Both the position numbers and the translations under genes were made by a program. Of a stretch of DNA of 54,428 nucleotides, positions 1-8,800 are shown in pieces; positions within the stretch are counted from its first letter, which is position 1; every line of letters starts with the position of its first letter. The notes beneath the pieces were generated by a model that saw nothing but the letters and a program-made list of their open reading frames with translations, ran no database searches and had not been told where the DNA came from. The DNA is from a virus (taxonomy: Duplodnaviria > Caudoviricetes), in IMG/VR virus record IMGVR_UViG_3300021964_000091, positions 1 through 54,428 of that record; one strand, given 5' to 3'.

Positions 1-362
1 GGAATTGTGTATGGACTGCCGGGGTAAGTACCTAATGGTCGGGTGGTTTCGCCTGTATTGTACCCTGTAGTATTTCTCCGACCTGCGTAAGTAGTGCCAA
101 AGCTAATACTACTGTCGTACCCGTAAGTATCACTGCCACTTGTACCAGCGGTAGCGTACCATTGAGCGTCAGTTATATACACTGTGTTAGAGCCACACGT
201 CATACGAATAACATTACCAGAAGCACTTTCTCCACCTAACGCCCTGACAAAATCAGTGGCTAAACGAGCCATACCACGAGAACCTGCGGTGGTACTTGAG
301 CCTGTATCAGTTAAACCTTGCGTAGGAGAATATAATGTACCTACAGCGGCTTCACCTAAACT
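1..362. repeat. Terminal direct repeat, left copy (circular overlap)
   Basis: Aligns without gaps to 54067-54428 with 12 substitutions (positions 44, 90, 93, 96, 114, 119, 123, 156, 234, 267, 272, 333). Confidence 0.95.
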
Positions 363-1127
363 ATCACCAACAATTTCATAAGTAGAATTGTATGATCCGC
401 CTGTCCCTGCATGTCTATAGAACAGCATATAACCGTCAGCGTCTATATAAACTTGTTGGGCGGTGAATCCAGAAGATGTTTTACCTGTTATCCAGTATCT
501 TCCCGCTGTAAATGATGAGCCTAAAGCATCAATAATATCAGAACCATATTCAGGTGCTAAAGCTGCTGTTGAGCCATCGAGGACAACATTTGACATTTGC
601 TGCCAAGATGTACCATCCCAGTGTTTTATAACGTTATCAGAAGTATTATAGTACATATCTCCTGCATTTGGAGAACTAGGATTAGAAGAAGCATTAGGCA
701 CTCGAATACGACTACTATCAGCTAAAAATGTGCCATCATTTATATTATTTGAATTAAGGTCTAAATTACCGCCTAGCTGAGGAGTTGTGTCACTAACAAC
801 GTCAGTGCTAATATTATCAATCTGAGTTTGATAGTCATCAAACAAAGCTGCTGTTGGACGTAGTTCAAAACGATCACCGATTGCGTAAGCACGAGCCGTA
901 GTATTATCTTGTCCTCGTACTACTGTCATAGAGTCAGAAGAACGAGCAGTAACTTTTACAATTTCAATATTGTTAGATGTATCAACCAGTGTGCCAAAAA
1001 AATAGTCTCCTGCGCCAAGTGTAGGAAATCTAGCACCCTGTCCACTGTCGAGCGTAATCGTAGTATCCGTACTTGTGATACCTGCGGATATTGTTGCGTA
1101 TCCGTTATTAGTTACCTTTACGCCCAT
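1..1127 (-). CDS. Tail fibre / receptor-binding protein 2, 5' part; runs off the window edge and ends at 53985 (about 402 aa on the circle)
   Basis: Absent from the ORF track. ATG at 1127 reads MGVKVTNNGYATISAGITSTDTTITLDSGQGARFPTLGAGDYF..., paralogous to the N-terminus of 1482-2486. Also has TTPQLGGNLDLN and GDMYYNTSDNVIKHWDG fibre-type motifs, and is in frame with the 53985-54401 ORF through the repeat. Confidence 0.85.
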   Translation of the reverse strand, partial: MGVKVTNNGYATISAGITSTDTTITLDSGQGARFPTLGAGDYFFGTLVDTSNNIEIVKVTARSSDSMTVVRGQDNTTARAYAIGDRFELRPTAALFDDYQTQIDNISTDVVSDTTPQLGGNLDLNSNNINDGTFLADSSRIRVPNASSNPSSPNAGDMYYNTSDNVIKHWDGTSWQQMSNVVLDGSTAALAPEYGSDIIDALGSSFTAGRYWITGKTSSGFTAQQVYIDADGYMLFYRHAGTGGSYNSTYEIVGDSLGEAAVGTLYSPTQGLTDTGSSTTAGSRGMARLATDFVRALGGESASGNVIRMTCGSNTVYITDAQWYATAGTSGSDTYGYDSSISFGTTYAGRRNTTGYNTGETTRPLGTYPGSPYTI

Positions 1128-1133
1128 ATCTCT

Positions 1134-1472
1134 TTACTCCGTAGGATTATATCCTGTCATCGCTGTAACCTCATCTTGAGTAAGGCCAAGGTCTAACAGT
1201 TTTTGATTTCCGTTTGCTGCGTCTGTTGTTTTCTTTGTTTCGGCAGCAATTTCATCAGTGTTTACTTCTTCTTGCGCTTGGCTTATCGCTTCCCAAGTAA
1301 CAGCAGCTGGCTTTGCGTCTGTTGACATAATGTTCTCATTGTCTGTGCTTTCTACAAACCATTCAACAGTATCTAAATCAGCAGATGATTGGATAATTGG
1401 TGTGTCTGGATGCGTTCTAAACGCAACATCAACATCTAATTTTGCTAGACATTTTGCTAAATCAATTACCAT
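1134..1472 (-). CDS. Putative tail fibre assembly/chaperone protein
   Basis: GGAGGAG RBS; directly follows tail fibre 1; C-terminal KLLDLGLTQDEVTAM motif typical of small fibre-associated proteins. Confidence 0.6.
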   Translation of the reverse strand: MVIDLAKCLAKLDVDVAFRTHPDTPIIQSSADLDTVEWFVESTDNENIMSTDAKPAAVTWEAISQAQEEVNTDEIAAETKKTTDAANGNQKLLDLGLTQDEVTAMTGYNPTE

Positions 1473-1481
1473 GCTCTCCTC

Positions 1482-2486
1482 CTATACTTCTATTTCCATT
1501 AAAGTAATTATGGTGTGACTGGTGTAATCAGCAAAACTAGTTCCACCGCCAGTCCTATTTATAAAGACAGAGTTTGTACCAGTACTACCACCGTTTAATT
1601 CTCTTACTACAAGCCTATATCTGATTGCCGTTGTGCTGCTGTTGTGGCTATCAATGATGTTTATACCAATGGCCTTTTGCGTGTCGTCTGCGCTCTCACC
1701 AGTGTATGAGTTAATACCCATTCGAGTGGAACCATGAAAAGCAACGCCACCTAAGCTTGATGATGTATTATCGCCATACACATAAACCAATCCTGTGCCA
1801 TCACTATTATCTCTTTGCATCATAAAAGATGGATGAAAGTTAGAGCCACCAGATACTGTAATACCTCCAGTAATTAGTATTTTAGATGTTGTTGATAGTG
1901 GGGTGATTGCCATATATCCACTAGAACCAACAGCTGTATAAGCGGTTACTGAGCTACCCGGTTTACCTATGTTTTGAGAAGTGGCGTGATAATGCACAGC
2001 TTGCAAAAATTTACTGCCAGTACCCCAAGATTCATTTGTGCCGTCAGTAGTTAGAACTTTTCCTGCGTTACCAGTTTGAGATGGCAACGAGTATGGGGTT
2101 ACTGTACCCCACGATGAGTTAGTCCCGTCAGTTGTTAGGTACTTACCACTGTTTGAAGTCTGTGAAGGTAGAGCAGTATCAATGTCAGTAGCATCAGTAA
2201 TACCCTGCGCTGTAACACGAAGTTCAATTCGATCTGCAATCGCATACGCTCTTGCTGTCGTGCTTTCTTGACCACGAGTTACAGTTAATACATCACTAGA
2301 ACGTGCAGTACATTTTACAATCTCAAGGTTGTTGGACGCGTCAATTAACGTTGCGTAGAAATAGTCACCAGCACCGAGAGATGGGAAACGTGCACCATGA
2401 CCACTTGCTACCGTAATACTAGTATCGGAACTTGTGATACTAGCAGCCAGAGTAGAATGGCCGTTATTACTAAATTTGACGCCCAT
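1482..2486 (-). CDS. Tail fibre / receptor-binding protein 1
   Basis: AAGGAG RBS; N-terminal anchor domain shared with 1-1127; two tandem LPSQTxNxGKxLTTDGTNxSWGT repeats; C-terminal ITPLSTTSKILI...ITLMEIEV beta-rich tip. Confidence 0.8.
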   Translation of the reverse strand: MGVKFSNNGHSTLAASITSSDTSITVASGHGARFPSLGAGDYFYATLIDASNNLEIVKCTARSSDVLTVTRGQESTTARAYAIADRIELRVTAQGITDATDIDTALPSQTSNSGKYLTTDGTNSSWGTVTPYSLPSQTGNAGKVLTTDGTNESWGTGSKFLQAVHYHATSQNIGKPGSSVTAYTAVGSSGYMAITPLSTTSKILITGGITVSGGSNFHPSFMMQRDNSDGTGLVYVYGDNTSSSLGGVAFHGSTRMGINSYTGESADDTQKAIGINIIDSHNSSTTAIRYRLVVRELNGGSTGTNSVFINRTGGGTSFADYTSHTIITLMEIEV

Positions 2487-2497
2487 AATTTTACTCC

Positions 2498-2938
2498 TTA
2501 GTTAACAGTAACAGTCCAAGTAATACCTAAAGTATCAGCTGCACCTTTGTTAATTACAGAAAATACAGTTCTACAAAGCATATCACCACTTGAAGAAGCA
2601 TTAAAAATACCTGCTTCAGTGATTGCTCCTGTACCTGTACCTGCACCAAATGTTGCTACATAAGCAACTGCGTTACTAGTTACAGTAGTTGAAGTCAAAG
2701 AAACTCGACCAGCTTCTGTACCAAGTGTTGCGTCACCAGCTGCTGCTGCAGTAGTGCCTGTACCGATTGCCATATGGCTCATAGCGGTAGCAGTTGCATC
2801 TTTCATTCGTGATGCGATATACTCTTTACCGTCAGTAACGACGATGTTAGGAACAGTTATTTCTTTAGTAACGTTCCCTTCTGGATTTGTAACGGTGATC
2901 TTAAGTTCACCTGTTACTTTGATGTTGTCATTAATCAT
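2498..2938 (-). CDS. Virion structural protein (tail-collar-fibre N-terminal-like domain)
   Basis: Start moved to ATG 2938 (AAGGAG 6 nt upstream); HMAIGTGT...ITEAGIFN...TLGITWTVT pattern; Thr/Gly-rich. Confidence 0.65.
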   Translation of the reverse strand: MINDNIKVTGELKITVTNPEGNVTKEITVPNIVVTDGKEYIASRMKDATATAMSHMAIGTGTTAAAAGDATLGTEAGRVSLTSTTVTSNAVAYVATFGAGTGTGAITEAGIFNASSSGDMLCRTVFSVINKGAADTLGITWTVTVN

Positions 2939-2952
2939 ACCCATCTCCTTTG

Positions 2953-4791
2953 TTAAACATAAGCTCCGGCACATAGCGGAGTTTCATTCATATAATGTCC
3001 ACCGCATGTACGATCTTCCGTATCAGTATACATAAAGTTGACAATTAGTCCAGCGTTTGTTAGCTCGCCGTAAGTTATTGTATCAGCATTAATAACTGCG
3101 TTGTTTATTCTTTCTGCAGCCCCTATAACACCCGTATTTGGTAGCTGTTTTATAGTATCTAAAGCACTGGTGTGCATGAACGTATAGTTCATGCTTGTAT
3201 GAAGCCCATTAACCTGTGCTTCGTAATCTACATCACGGAACCTAAAGGCACTTTGTACAAACTCAAGTGCATACCATCTGACTGCATCACCTCCTACACC
3301 ACCTAATAAACCTTCATTAAACATACCAGCGTAGTCTTCATTCATCAGATAACCGGTATCTACTAGTCGTTCTGCGTAATCATCACCTATACCTTTATGG
3401 TAACCACGGAGAGATGGTGACTCATTACCATCGTTCATGTAAGCAAAATCAGGGTATAGATAACTAGATTCACCAAGTATTAGATTTAAGTTAATACTTT
3501 CAGAAGCTGTTGCTGTGTCTGAATAGGCTACAGTTACAGCAAAAGTATTGATAGTTTCTGATGGACTAAACGCATCTGATAGTGGGTGTGTTGGACTAAA
3601 TACAGCAGACTCAGTTACTGAAACTGGATCAGCGTCAGCATCTGCGTCGCTACGATCAAAGTCCACATTCTCTGTAAACGTCTTAACATTAATTTCAGTA
3701 ACAGTTACAGAATCAGATTTAGCTAAGTTTACAGTAAACGCATCGATTGTTTCTGTTGGAGTACTAATAGAATCTGAAAACGCAGGTCTAACATCAAACT
3801 TAGTAATAGATTCACTAGGAGTTACAGTCTCAGTTTTAACAAGACTTGGATTATTTTTAATTCCTTCTACTGCTGTAACCGAATCAGTTTTAGGTATTTC
3901 AGGGTTTAAAGCAGGAGAATCTGAAGCTGTTGCTGTGTCTGCGACATCAGGTCGCGTAAAGTTTTTAGCTGTAGTTTCTGTAATACTTGGTGAATCTGTA
4001 AGTCCTTTAGTAACAGCAAACGTATTAATTTGTTCTGCTATGTTAATTGGATCAGGGTCTACATCATCGTCACTAGGGTCAAAGTCAACAGAAGAATTAA
4101 TAATTTTAATATTATCACCAGACATAGTGACCGAATCAGTTTTACCATCTGGTGTGATGGTCTTAGCCGCAGCTTCCGTGATACTAACAGTATCAGAAAA
4201 TTGAGTAGTAACATCGAACTGGTCTATAGCTTCAGACGCAGTCGCTGTATCTGCGACATTTTTTCCGATATCAAAATCATCAATAGCTTCAGAGGTAGAA
4301 ACAGAAGCTGTAATCCCCGGTTTAGTTGGGTGTTTAGCAGAAGATTCTATTACAGAAGTTTCATCGTTATCAGCTAATTCACCGACTGTAATTTCTTTAG
4401 CATCACTGTCAGACATAGTGACAGGTGTTGGATCAACGTCATCATCCGTTGGATCAAAGTCAATCGGGTTAGTAACAGCTTTAAATATACCTTCGTTGAC
4501 TGTTACCGAATCACTAGGGCTTAAGTTTATGTCTTTTTCTGGATCAGAATCAGACATTGTAATATCTTCATCTGGAAATTTATCAATTCTTAAAGCAGAT
4601 GACTCAGTTATATCTACTGATTGAGCAGGTAACGGACGTGTCTCAATTAGTTCATAAGTATATGAAATAGACGCACCGTCTGTAGAATAAGTTATATCTT
4701 GGTAAGAAGATGAGTAACTATAAGATGCTACACTAACAGTTACTGAGACGATGGCTGATAGTGTAATATTAGATACACTAACGTTAGCCAT
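2953..4791 (-). CDS. Acidic repeat-rich structural fibre protein (612 aa)
   Basis: Roughly 20-aa degenerate D(S/T)xxx(S/T)E repeats plus three (I/V)DFDxxDxDxDxxP(V/I) motifs; lies in the structural operon with a TAATG junction to the upstream gene. Confidence 0.65.
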   Translation of the reverse strand: MANVSVSNITLSAIVSVTVSVASYSYSSSYQDITYSTDGASISYTYELIETRPLPAQSVDITESSALRIDKFPDEDITMSDSDPEKDINLSPSDSVTVNEGIFKAVTNPIDFDPTDDDVDPTPVTMSDSDAKEITVGELADNDETSVIESSAKHPTKPGITASVSTSEAIDDFDIGKNVADTATASEAIDQFDVTTQFSDTVSITEAAAKTITPDGKTDSVTMSGDNIKIINSSVDFDPSDDDVDPDPINIAEQINTFAVTKGLTDSPSITETTAKNFTRPDVADTATASDSPALNPEIPKTDSVTAVEGIKNNPSLVKTETVTPSESITKFDVRPAFSDSISTPTETIDAFTVNLAKSDSVTVTEINVKTFTENVDFDRSDADADADPVSVTESAVFSPTHPLSDAFSPSETINTFAVTVAYSDTATASESINLNLILGESSYLYPDFAYMNDGNESPSLRGYHKGIGDDYAERLVDTGYLMNEDYAGMFNEGLLGGVGGDAVRWYALEFVQSAFRFRDVDYEAQVNGLHTSMNYTFMHTSALDTIKQLPNTGVIGAAERINNAVINADTITYGELTNAGLIVNFMYTDTEDRTCGGHYMNETPLCAGAYV

Positions 4792-5123
4792 TAGAAATTA
4801 TCCCGTACTCTAAAGTTCAACGTATCGTAAACTGTTTGAACACTACCGTTGAAATTAATTATAATTTCACCTTCATATTCACCGGGGTCTACGTCCAGAA
4901 CTCCTCCTGAAAAATCAAAATAAACCTTACCGTCAGAGCCATCAGTAAGTTTAGTTGTAGTAATCGTAGATAGAGTAGTTGTACCGCCTTTAAGTTTAAA
5001 CTTAATAGTAACAGTAGTTGTAGCTGCTGATAAATCTAATGCAGCATTTCCTACATCATCTCTAAGTGTTAGAGTGATTTGAGGTAATTCATCTCCTTGA
5101 ACTAATTTAATTGTATCAGCCAT
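4791..5123 (-). CDS. Virion protein, BppU N-terminal-like domain
   Basis: LVQGD...ITLTL...DL...GKVYF...GEYEGEI pattern; GAGG RBS. Confidence 0.55.
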   Translation of the reverse strand: MADTIKLVQGDELPQITLTLRDDVGNAALDLSAATTTVTIKFKLKGGTTTLSTITTTKLTDGSDGKVYFDFSGGVLDVDPGEYEGEIIINFNGSVQTVYDTLNFRVRDNF

Positions 5124-5131
5124 AATCTACC

Positions 5132-5785
5132 TCACGCAAACCTCTGCATCTGTACACGCATAGATGCTTTAGATGCACCGAGATTAGTTCTTGCTCTACG
5201 CTCTGCAGTCTTCATAACAAACTGCTTAGCATGATATGTAGCTAACTCTCTATCACTCCATGTTCTATCTGGTAATACCAGTAAGTGTTGTAGTGCTCCG
5301 TGCATAATTACATTTTCTAATTCATCAAGAACTGTTTTATCCATCTTAGTAGCAGTTCTCAACGGTTTAAGACACACTATCATTCTAACATCATAAGTTA
5401 CAGAATTATCTGGAACTGGTGCTAAAGAAAAATGATCGGGGTCTAATTGTGTTACATACCTAGGTTCCGCCCTCTCATCGACAGCTTGATTAGGCCATTT
5501 AGGATACATGTCATACATCTGCTCTAGCGTTACCGGATTAAGTTTATTCTCATTCACAGTAGCCGTTAACACAGCATGAACTTCTGCGTCGTTAGGAGTG
5601 TCATACTCATAATCATACGCACCGGGAACTAAACGAATCCTTGGTTGTTCATACCGCCAAGCAAGTGTTTTTTCACACGCTTCTATTGCCGCATCACGAA
5701 CATATTGTTCTACAACTGGTGTAGGACAACCGGGAACGCTAGGCGACAACCTAGTAACAATACTTAAAAAAGTTCTATCAGCCAT
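5132..5785 (-). CDS. Head-tail adaptor / tail tubular-like protein
   Basis: 217 aa after the capsid cluster; PGCP...VRDAAIEACE, LAPVPD and IMHGAL motifs of podovirus adaptors. Confidence 0.65.
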   Translation of the reverse strand: MADRTFLSIVTRLSPSVPGCPTPVVEQYVRDAAIEACEKTLAWRYEQPRIRLVPGAYDYEYDTPNDAEVHAVLTATVNENKLNPVTLEQMYDMYPKWPNQAVDERAEPRYVTQLDPDHFSLAPVPDNSVTYDVRMIVCLKPLRTATKMDKTVLDELENVIMHGALQHLLVLPDRTWSDRELATYHAKQFVMKTAERRARTNLGASKASMRVQMQRFA

Positions 5786-6429
5786 TAGACAACATCCTCC
5801 TCATCTAGCCCTGCTCGCTCAGTATCAGTTACTTCTCTACTTTGCGCAGCTACACCAAGAGACTGTGTAAACGACTGTTGGAATAACTGTGCACGTTTTG
5901 AATTAACGTGTTCGTTGTCAACAGACTCAGCCAAGAAAACCGTAGCATCAATCACAACAGGAAAATAAGCATCTGCTAATAGAGCTACAGTAGTAGTGCC
6001 ATCATAAGTTGGTGGCGTTTGTGCATATTCACCGACTAGCACTTGTCCGCTAGGGGCTTTCGGATAAATAAAAAATTTGTTTGCGTTTCTAACATGACGC
6101 ATATAGTTAACAGCAGCACCTGCAGCATCATTCATCCAAGAAGGGTATGCTTGATCTAGTGCTTCTCTGTTTGTTTCAATAATTCCGTTACCATTTTTAA
6201 CTGAGTAAATATCTATCAATCGAATAGAATCAGAAGGCATAGACTGAATAACAGAATCTGCAGTACAAGTGATGTCACCAATATAAGCAAAAAGATCAGG
6301 ACGCAACACAGCAATACGCTTAAGCGCTTGGTTTGCAAATCCTATCAGTACAGAATCAGAATAACGCTGTGGGCTATTTGTATCCTGTAGGATTCTTCTT
6401 ACCTCTGTAATGACATCATTTAATATCAT
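5785..6429 (-). CDS. Head-tail adaptor (gatekeeper, tail tubular A-like)
   Basis: VRRILQD...RYSD...RPD and FFIYPKAP motifs; coupled to both neighbours. Confidence 0.65.
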   Translation of the reverse strand: MILNDVITEVRRILQDTNSPQRYSDSVLIGFANQALKRIAVLRPDLFAYIGDITCTADSVIQSMPSDSIRLIDIYSVKNGNGIIETNREALDQAYPSWMNDAAGAAVNYMRHVRNANKFFIYPKAPSGQVLVGEYAQTPPTYDGTTTVALLADAYFPVVIDATVFLAESVDNEHVNSKRAQLFQQSFTQSLGVAAQSREVTDTERAGLDEEDVV

Positions 6430-6668
6430 TTAGGCAATCCTTTACTTGCTTCTTCCGCAAGGACTTCAGGTGTAGAGTCTCCATCTTCTGGAATCTCTGT
6501 TTCTAAATTTACTTTAGCCTTACGAGTGCTTTGTTTTTTTGTAATAAACTTTTCTGGGAACGCTTGTTCCTCAGTAATTTCTTCAGTGTTAGGATTCTCA
6601 GCTAGAATTTCATTCCAACCGTAAATCTCACCATCTTTTATATTTCGTAACCATCGGCCTGCCATCAT
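6426..6668 (-). CDS. Hypothetical protein
   Basis: Overlapping start/stop coupling with both neighbours. Confidence 0.65.
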   Translation of the reverse strand: MMAGRWLRNIKDGEIYGWNEILAENPNTEEITEEQAFPEKFITKKQSTRKAKVNLETEIPEDGDSTPEVLAEEASKGLPK

Positions 6669-6937
6669 GATCTCCTTAATGCTTTAACTCTTTTAGCTTC
6701 CCCTGCGGGTTGCCCCAAATTCTTTTTTTGTGCAATGCGACTTTTCTTTTCAGAAGCAGTAAGTTCGCTTGAAGTTTTAGGTGTGTCTTTAGATACTCGT
6801 TTAGATGGTCTACAATAAGGTGTACCTCGTTTTTCACCTTCACTACGACCGCAGGGTTTACCTGTACGAACATCTACCCACTTCTCCTTAAACCAGCGCT
6901 TAAGCTTTGCTCCTTCTTCAGTTTTGCGCACAGCCAT
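6665..6937 (-). CDS. Small basic protein (WFKEKWVDV...CGR...PYCRP family)
   Basis: Strongly Lys/Arg-rich; motif recalled from aquatic virus hypothetical proteins. Confidence 0.75.
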   Translation of the reverse strand: MAVRKTEEGAKLKRWFKEKWVDVRTGKPCGRSEGEKRGTPYCRPSKRVSKDTPKTSSELTASEKKSRIAQKKNLGQPAGEAKRVKALRRS

Positions 6938-6940
6938 ATC

Positions 6941-7108
6941 TTAACCTTTTTTAACACGTTTTGACGTCTTTGTATTCTTATTTTTAGAGTTTCCCCAATT
7001 AGACGCTCCAACTTTTCTACATTTAGCCAACGCACCTGACGCATAAGCAGAAGGCCAAACTTTATATGCTTTCTTTACTTTAAAATAACATGCGTCTTTA
7101 TTAGCCAT
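6941..7108 (-). CDS. Small basic protein, 55 aa (DACY.KVK..Y.VWPSAYASGAL.KCR)
   Basis: Below the track cutoff; translated by hand as MANKDACYFKVKKAYKVWPSAYASGALAKCRKVGASNWGNSKNKNTKTSKRVKKG; fills the gap between neighbours exactly. Confidence 0.8.
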   Translation of the reverse strand: MANKDACYFKVKKAYKVWPSAYASGALAKCRKVGASNWGNSKNKNTKTSKRVKKG

Positions 7109-7112
7109 AATA

Positions 7113-7355
7113 TCACCATTTCTTACACGACCAATATCGTGCTGTCATTTTTGACGGAGGGTTACTATCACAACCGTGTCTTGCTCGAAACGATTTACGA
7201 CGATTAGGCTGGTCTTTCTTAATAGTCATATTGGCATCACCAAACCGGATAATTTTTTCTTTTCCGTTTTGACATGCTTTCACAACAAACTTTTTACCGC
7301 CCTGTACTTGACGCTTTGGCTTATTACAAGCCATCTTTGATTTATCAATAGCCAC
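7113..7355 (-). CDS. Small basic protein (RFGD...RRKSFRARH.C...ARYWSCKKW family)
   Basis: GGAGG RBS; motif recalled from aquatic phage hypothetical proteins. Confidence 0.8.
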   Translation of the reverse strand: MAIDKSKMACNKPKRQVQGGKKFVVKACQNGKEKIIRFGDANMTIKKDQPNRRKSFRARHGCDSNPPSKMTARYWSCKKW

Positions 7356-7369
7356 CAGTCACCTCCTAT

Positions 7370-7393
7370 AAGAGAGGGGGGCCGAAGCCCCCC
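7370..7393 (-). terminator. Intrinsic terminator/attenuator after the capsid genes
   Basis: Minus strand GGGGGGC-TTCG-GCCCCCC (cUUCGg tetraloop) followed by TCTCTT. Confidence 0.7.
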
Positions 7394-7400
7394 AATCTAT

Positions 7401-7865
7401 TTAAGAGCAGTCAACCATTACAACTGTTAGAGACATAACCGCTGCGTCTGCTGCGTTAACAGTAACAACATCGATTGTATCTTCTGCAGTGTAATACTTA
7501 CCATCTGCGTAGCCAGTAGGAGTACCTGCTGACGGAGCAAGAGAATAAGCTGCTGCCGCATTAGCGTTAACACCGTCAAGGTAGCCATCAGGGTCAGTGC
7601 CGTCACCGACATCAACCGTAAGAGTGCCACCTTCTGCAGTAGTAACATTTAGAACTACCGAAGTAACCAGCGTGTTAGCTGGAACTTTGATAACTTCTAG
7701 AACATCACCTGCAGTTAGTGCTGTTAGACCTGCTGCTGAACGTGCAGTAGTAATTGCTGCAAAGTTCAAGTCTACTGTAATTGCGGATACCTTGTTGATA
7801 CCTGCTGCAACGTGAGCTGCACCAGTTCCAAGTTGATAACCTTTTCCATCGTTATATGTAGCCAT
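7401..7865 (-). CDS. Capsid decoration / minor capsid protein
   Basis: Directly after the major capsid gene; AAGGAGG RBS; Ala/Gly/Thr-rich; VGDGTDPDGY motif. Confidence 0.65.
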   Translation of the reverse strand: MATYNDGKGYQLGTGAAHVAAGINKVSAITVDLNFAAITTARSAAGLTALTAGDVLEVIKVPANTLVTSVVLNVTTAEGGTLTVDVGDGTDPDGYLDGVNANAAAAYSLAPSAGTPTGYADGKYYTAEDTIDVVTVNAADAAVMSLTVVMVDCS

Positions 7866-7878
7866 AGTTCAGTCCTCC

Positions 7879-8784
7879 TTATACGCTTACAACCATAGTT
7901 GCTAGAGCTTCTGGCTTAACTACTTTATAGCCATAAACTTGCAAACCACGGATGATGTTACCGAAAGTAGTCTCTGAACGGATAGTCTCCATATTTGTCA
8001 TCTGAGATGCAAAAGTGAAGCCCATCTTATGACCAGCAATACAGCTGAACTCAGAACCATTTTTATAAAGGTTGTGAGATACATAAACTGTGAATCGGTC
8101 AATCATACCAAGTCTACCGTTTCTCAAAGGTGAAGTGCTGTCACCAGTGATAGAAGCATCTTTCAAGTCTGATTGCTTGATAAGACCTGCCATCTTAGCT
8201 GGAATGATAAGGAAACGATCCTGTTCAGGACTATTAGCCTCATCCAACACAGTGCCTGCGTCGACGATAGAATCGATAACATTCGACTTAGTTAGAGACA
8301 ATGGACTACCTGCGACACCTAGGTTTAGGTTGCCAGAGATACGACCAGCTGAAGCACCTTTGTTAGCTGAAGATACATCAGTCAACAGATCAGTTAGAAC
8401 ACGCTGATCGATCTTGATCTTCATACGCTCGGAAGCGTCTTTAGACCACTGATCCATCATTGCGATGTCAGACTGAACTTGGTCAACATCATCTTCAACG
8501 CAAGCAAAGTACTCGCCTTTGTCGATAACAAGTTGAAGTTTCGCTTTGTCAGGGTTTTCAACTGCAAGAGTTTGTCCCTTAACATACGTTTTGATGGTGA
8601 TTTCTGGTGTAGTACGGATATTAACCGTATCTCCCATCTGACGGATTTCACCTTCATAATCCGTGTTCGAGATTGCTGCGAGCACTGTAGCGTCGTAGAA
8701 ATTCTCGATCAGCTTTCCACTCCAGATTTCTGGAATGAAGTTGCCGCTATAATCGGGGCGACCCCCTGATACTGCAAAAGCCAT
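7879..8784 (-). CDS. Major capsid protein
   Basis: FIPEIWS...YEGEI...GDTVNI...YG.KV signature; AAGGAGG RBS; follows the scaffold gene. Confidence 0.9.
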   Translation of the reverse strand: MAFAVSGGRPDYSGNFIPEIWSGKLIENFYDATVLAAISNTDYEGEIRQMGDTVNIRTTPEITIKTYVKGQTLAVENPDKAKLQLVIDKGEYFACVEDDVDQVQSDIAMMDQWSKDASERMKIKIDQRVLTDLLTDVSSANKGASAGRISGNLNLGVAGSPLSLTKSNVIDSIVDAGTVLDEANSPEQDRFLIIPAKMAGLIKQSDLKDASITGDSTSPLRNGRLGMIDRFTVYVSHNLYKNGSEFSCIAGHKMGFTFASQMTNMETIRSETTFGNIIRGLQVYGYKVVKPEALATMVVSV

Positions 8785-8800
8785 AATGACCTCCTTTTAA

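Noticed and set aside
1-362. Diversity-generating retroelement (TR/VR pair in a tail fibre)
   Set aside because: Differences are not adenine-specific on the coding strand and are mostly synonymous C/T changes. No reverse transcriptase is present, and the copies sit exactly at the contig ends.
3548-4624. Long antisense ORFs (also 17533-17943, 25599-26063, 30236-30658)
   Set aside because: They mirror the codons of well-supported genes on the opposite strand.
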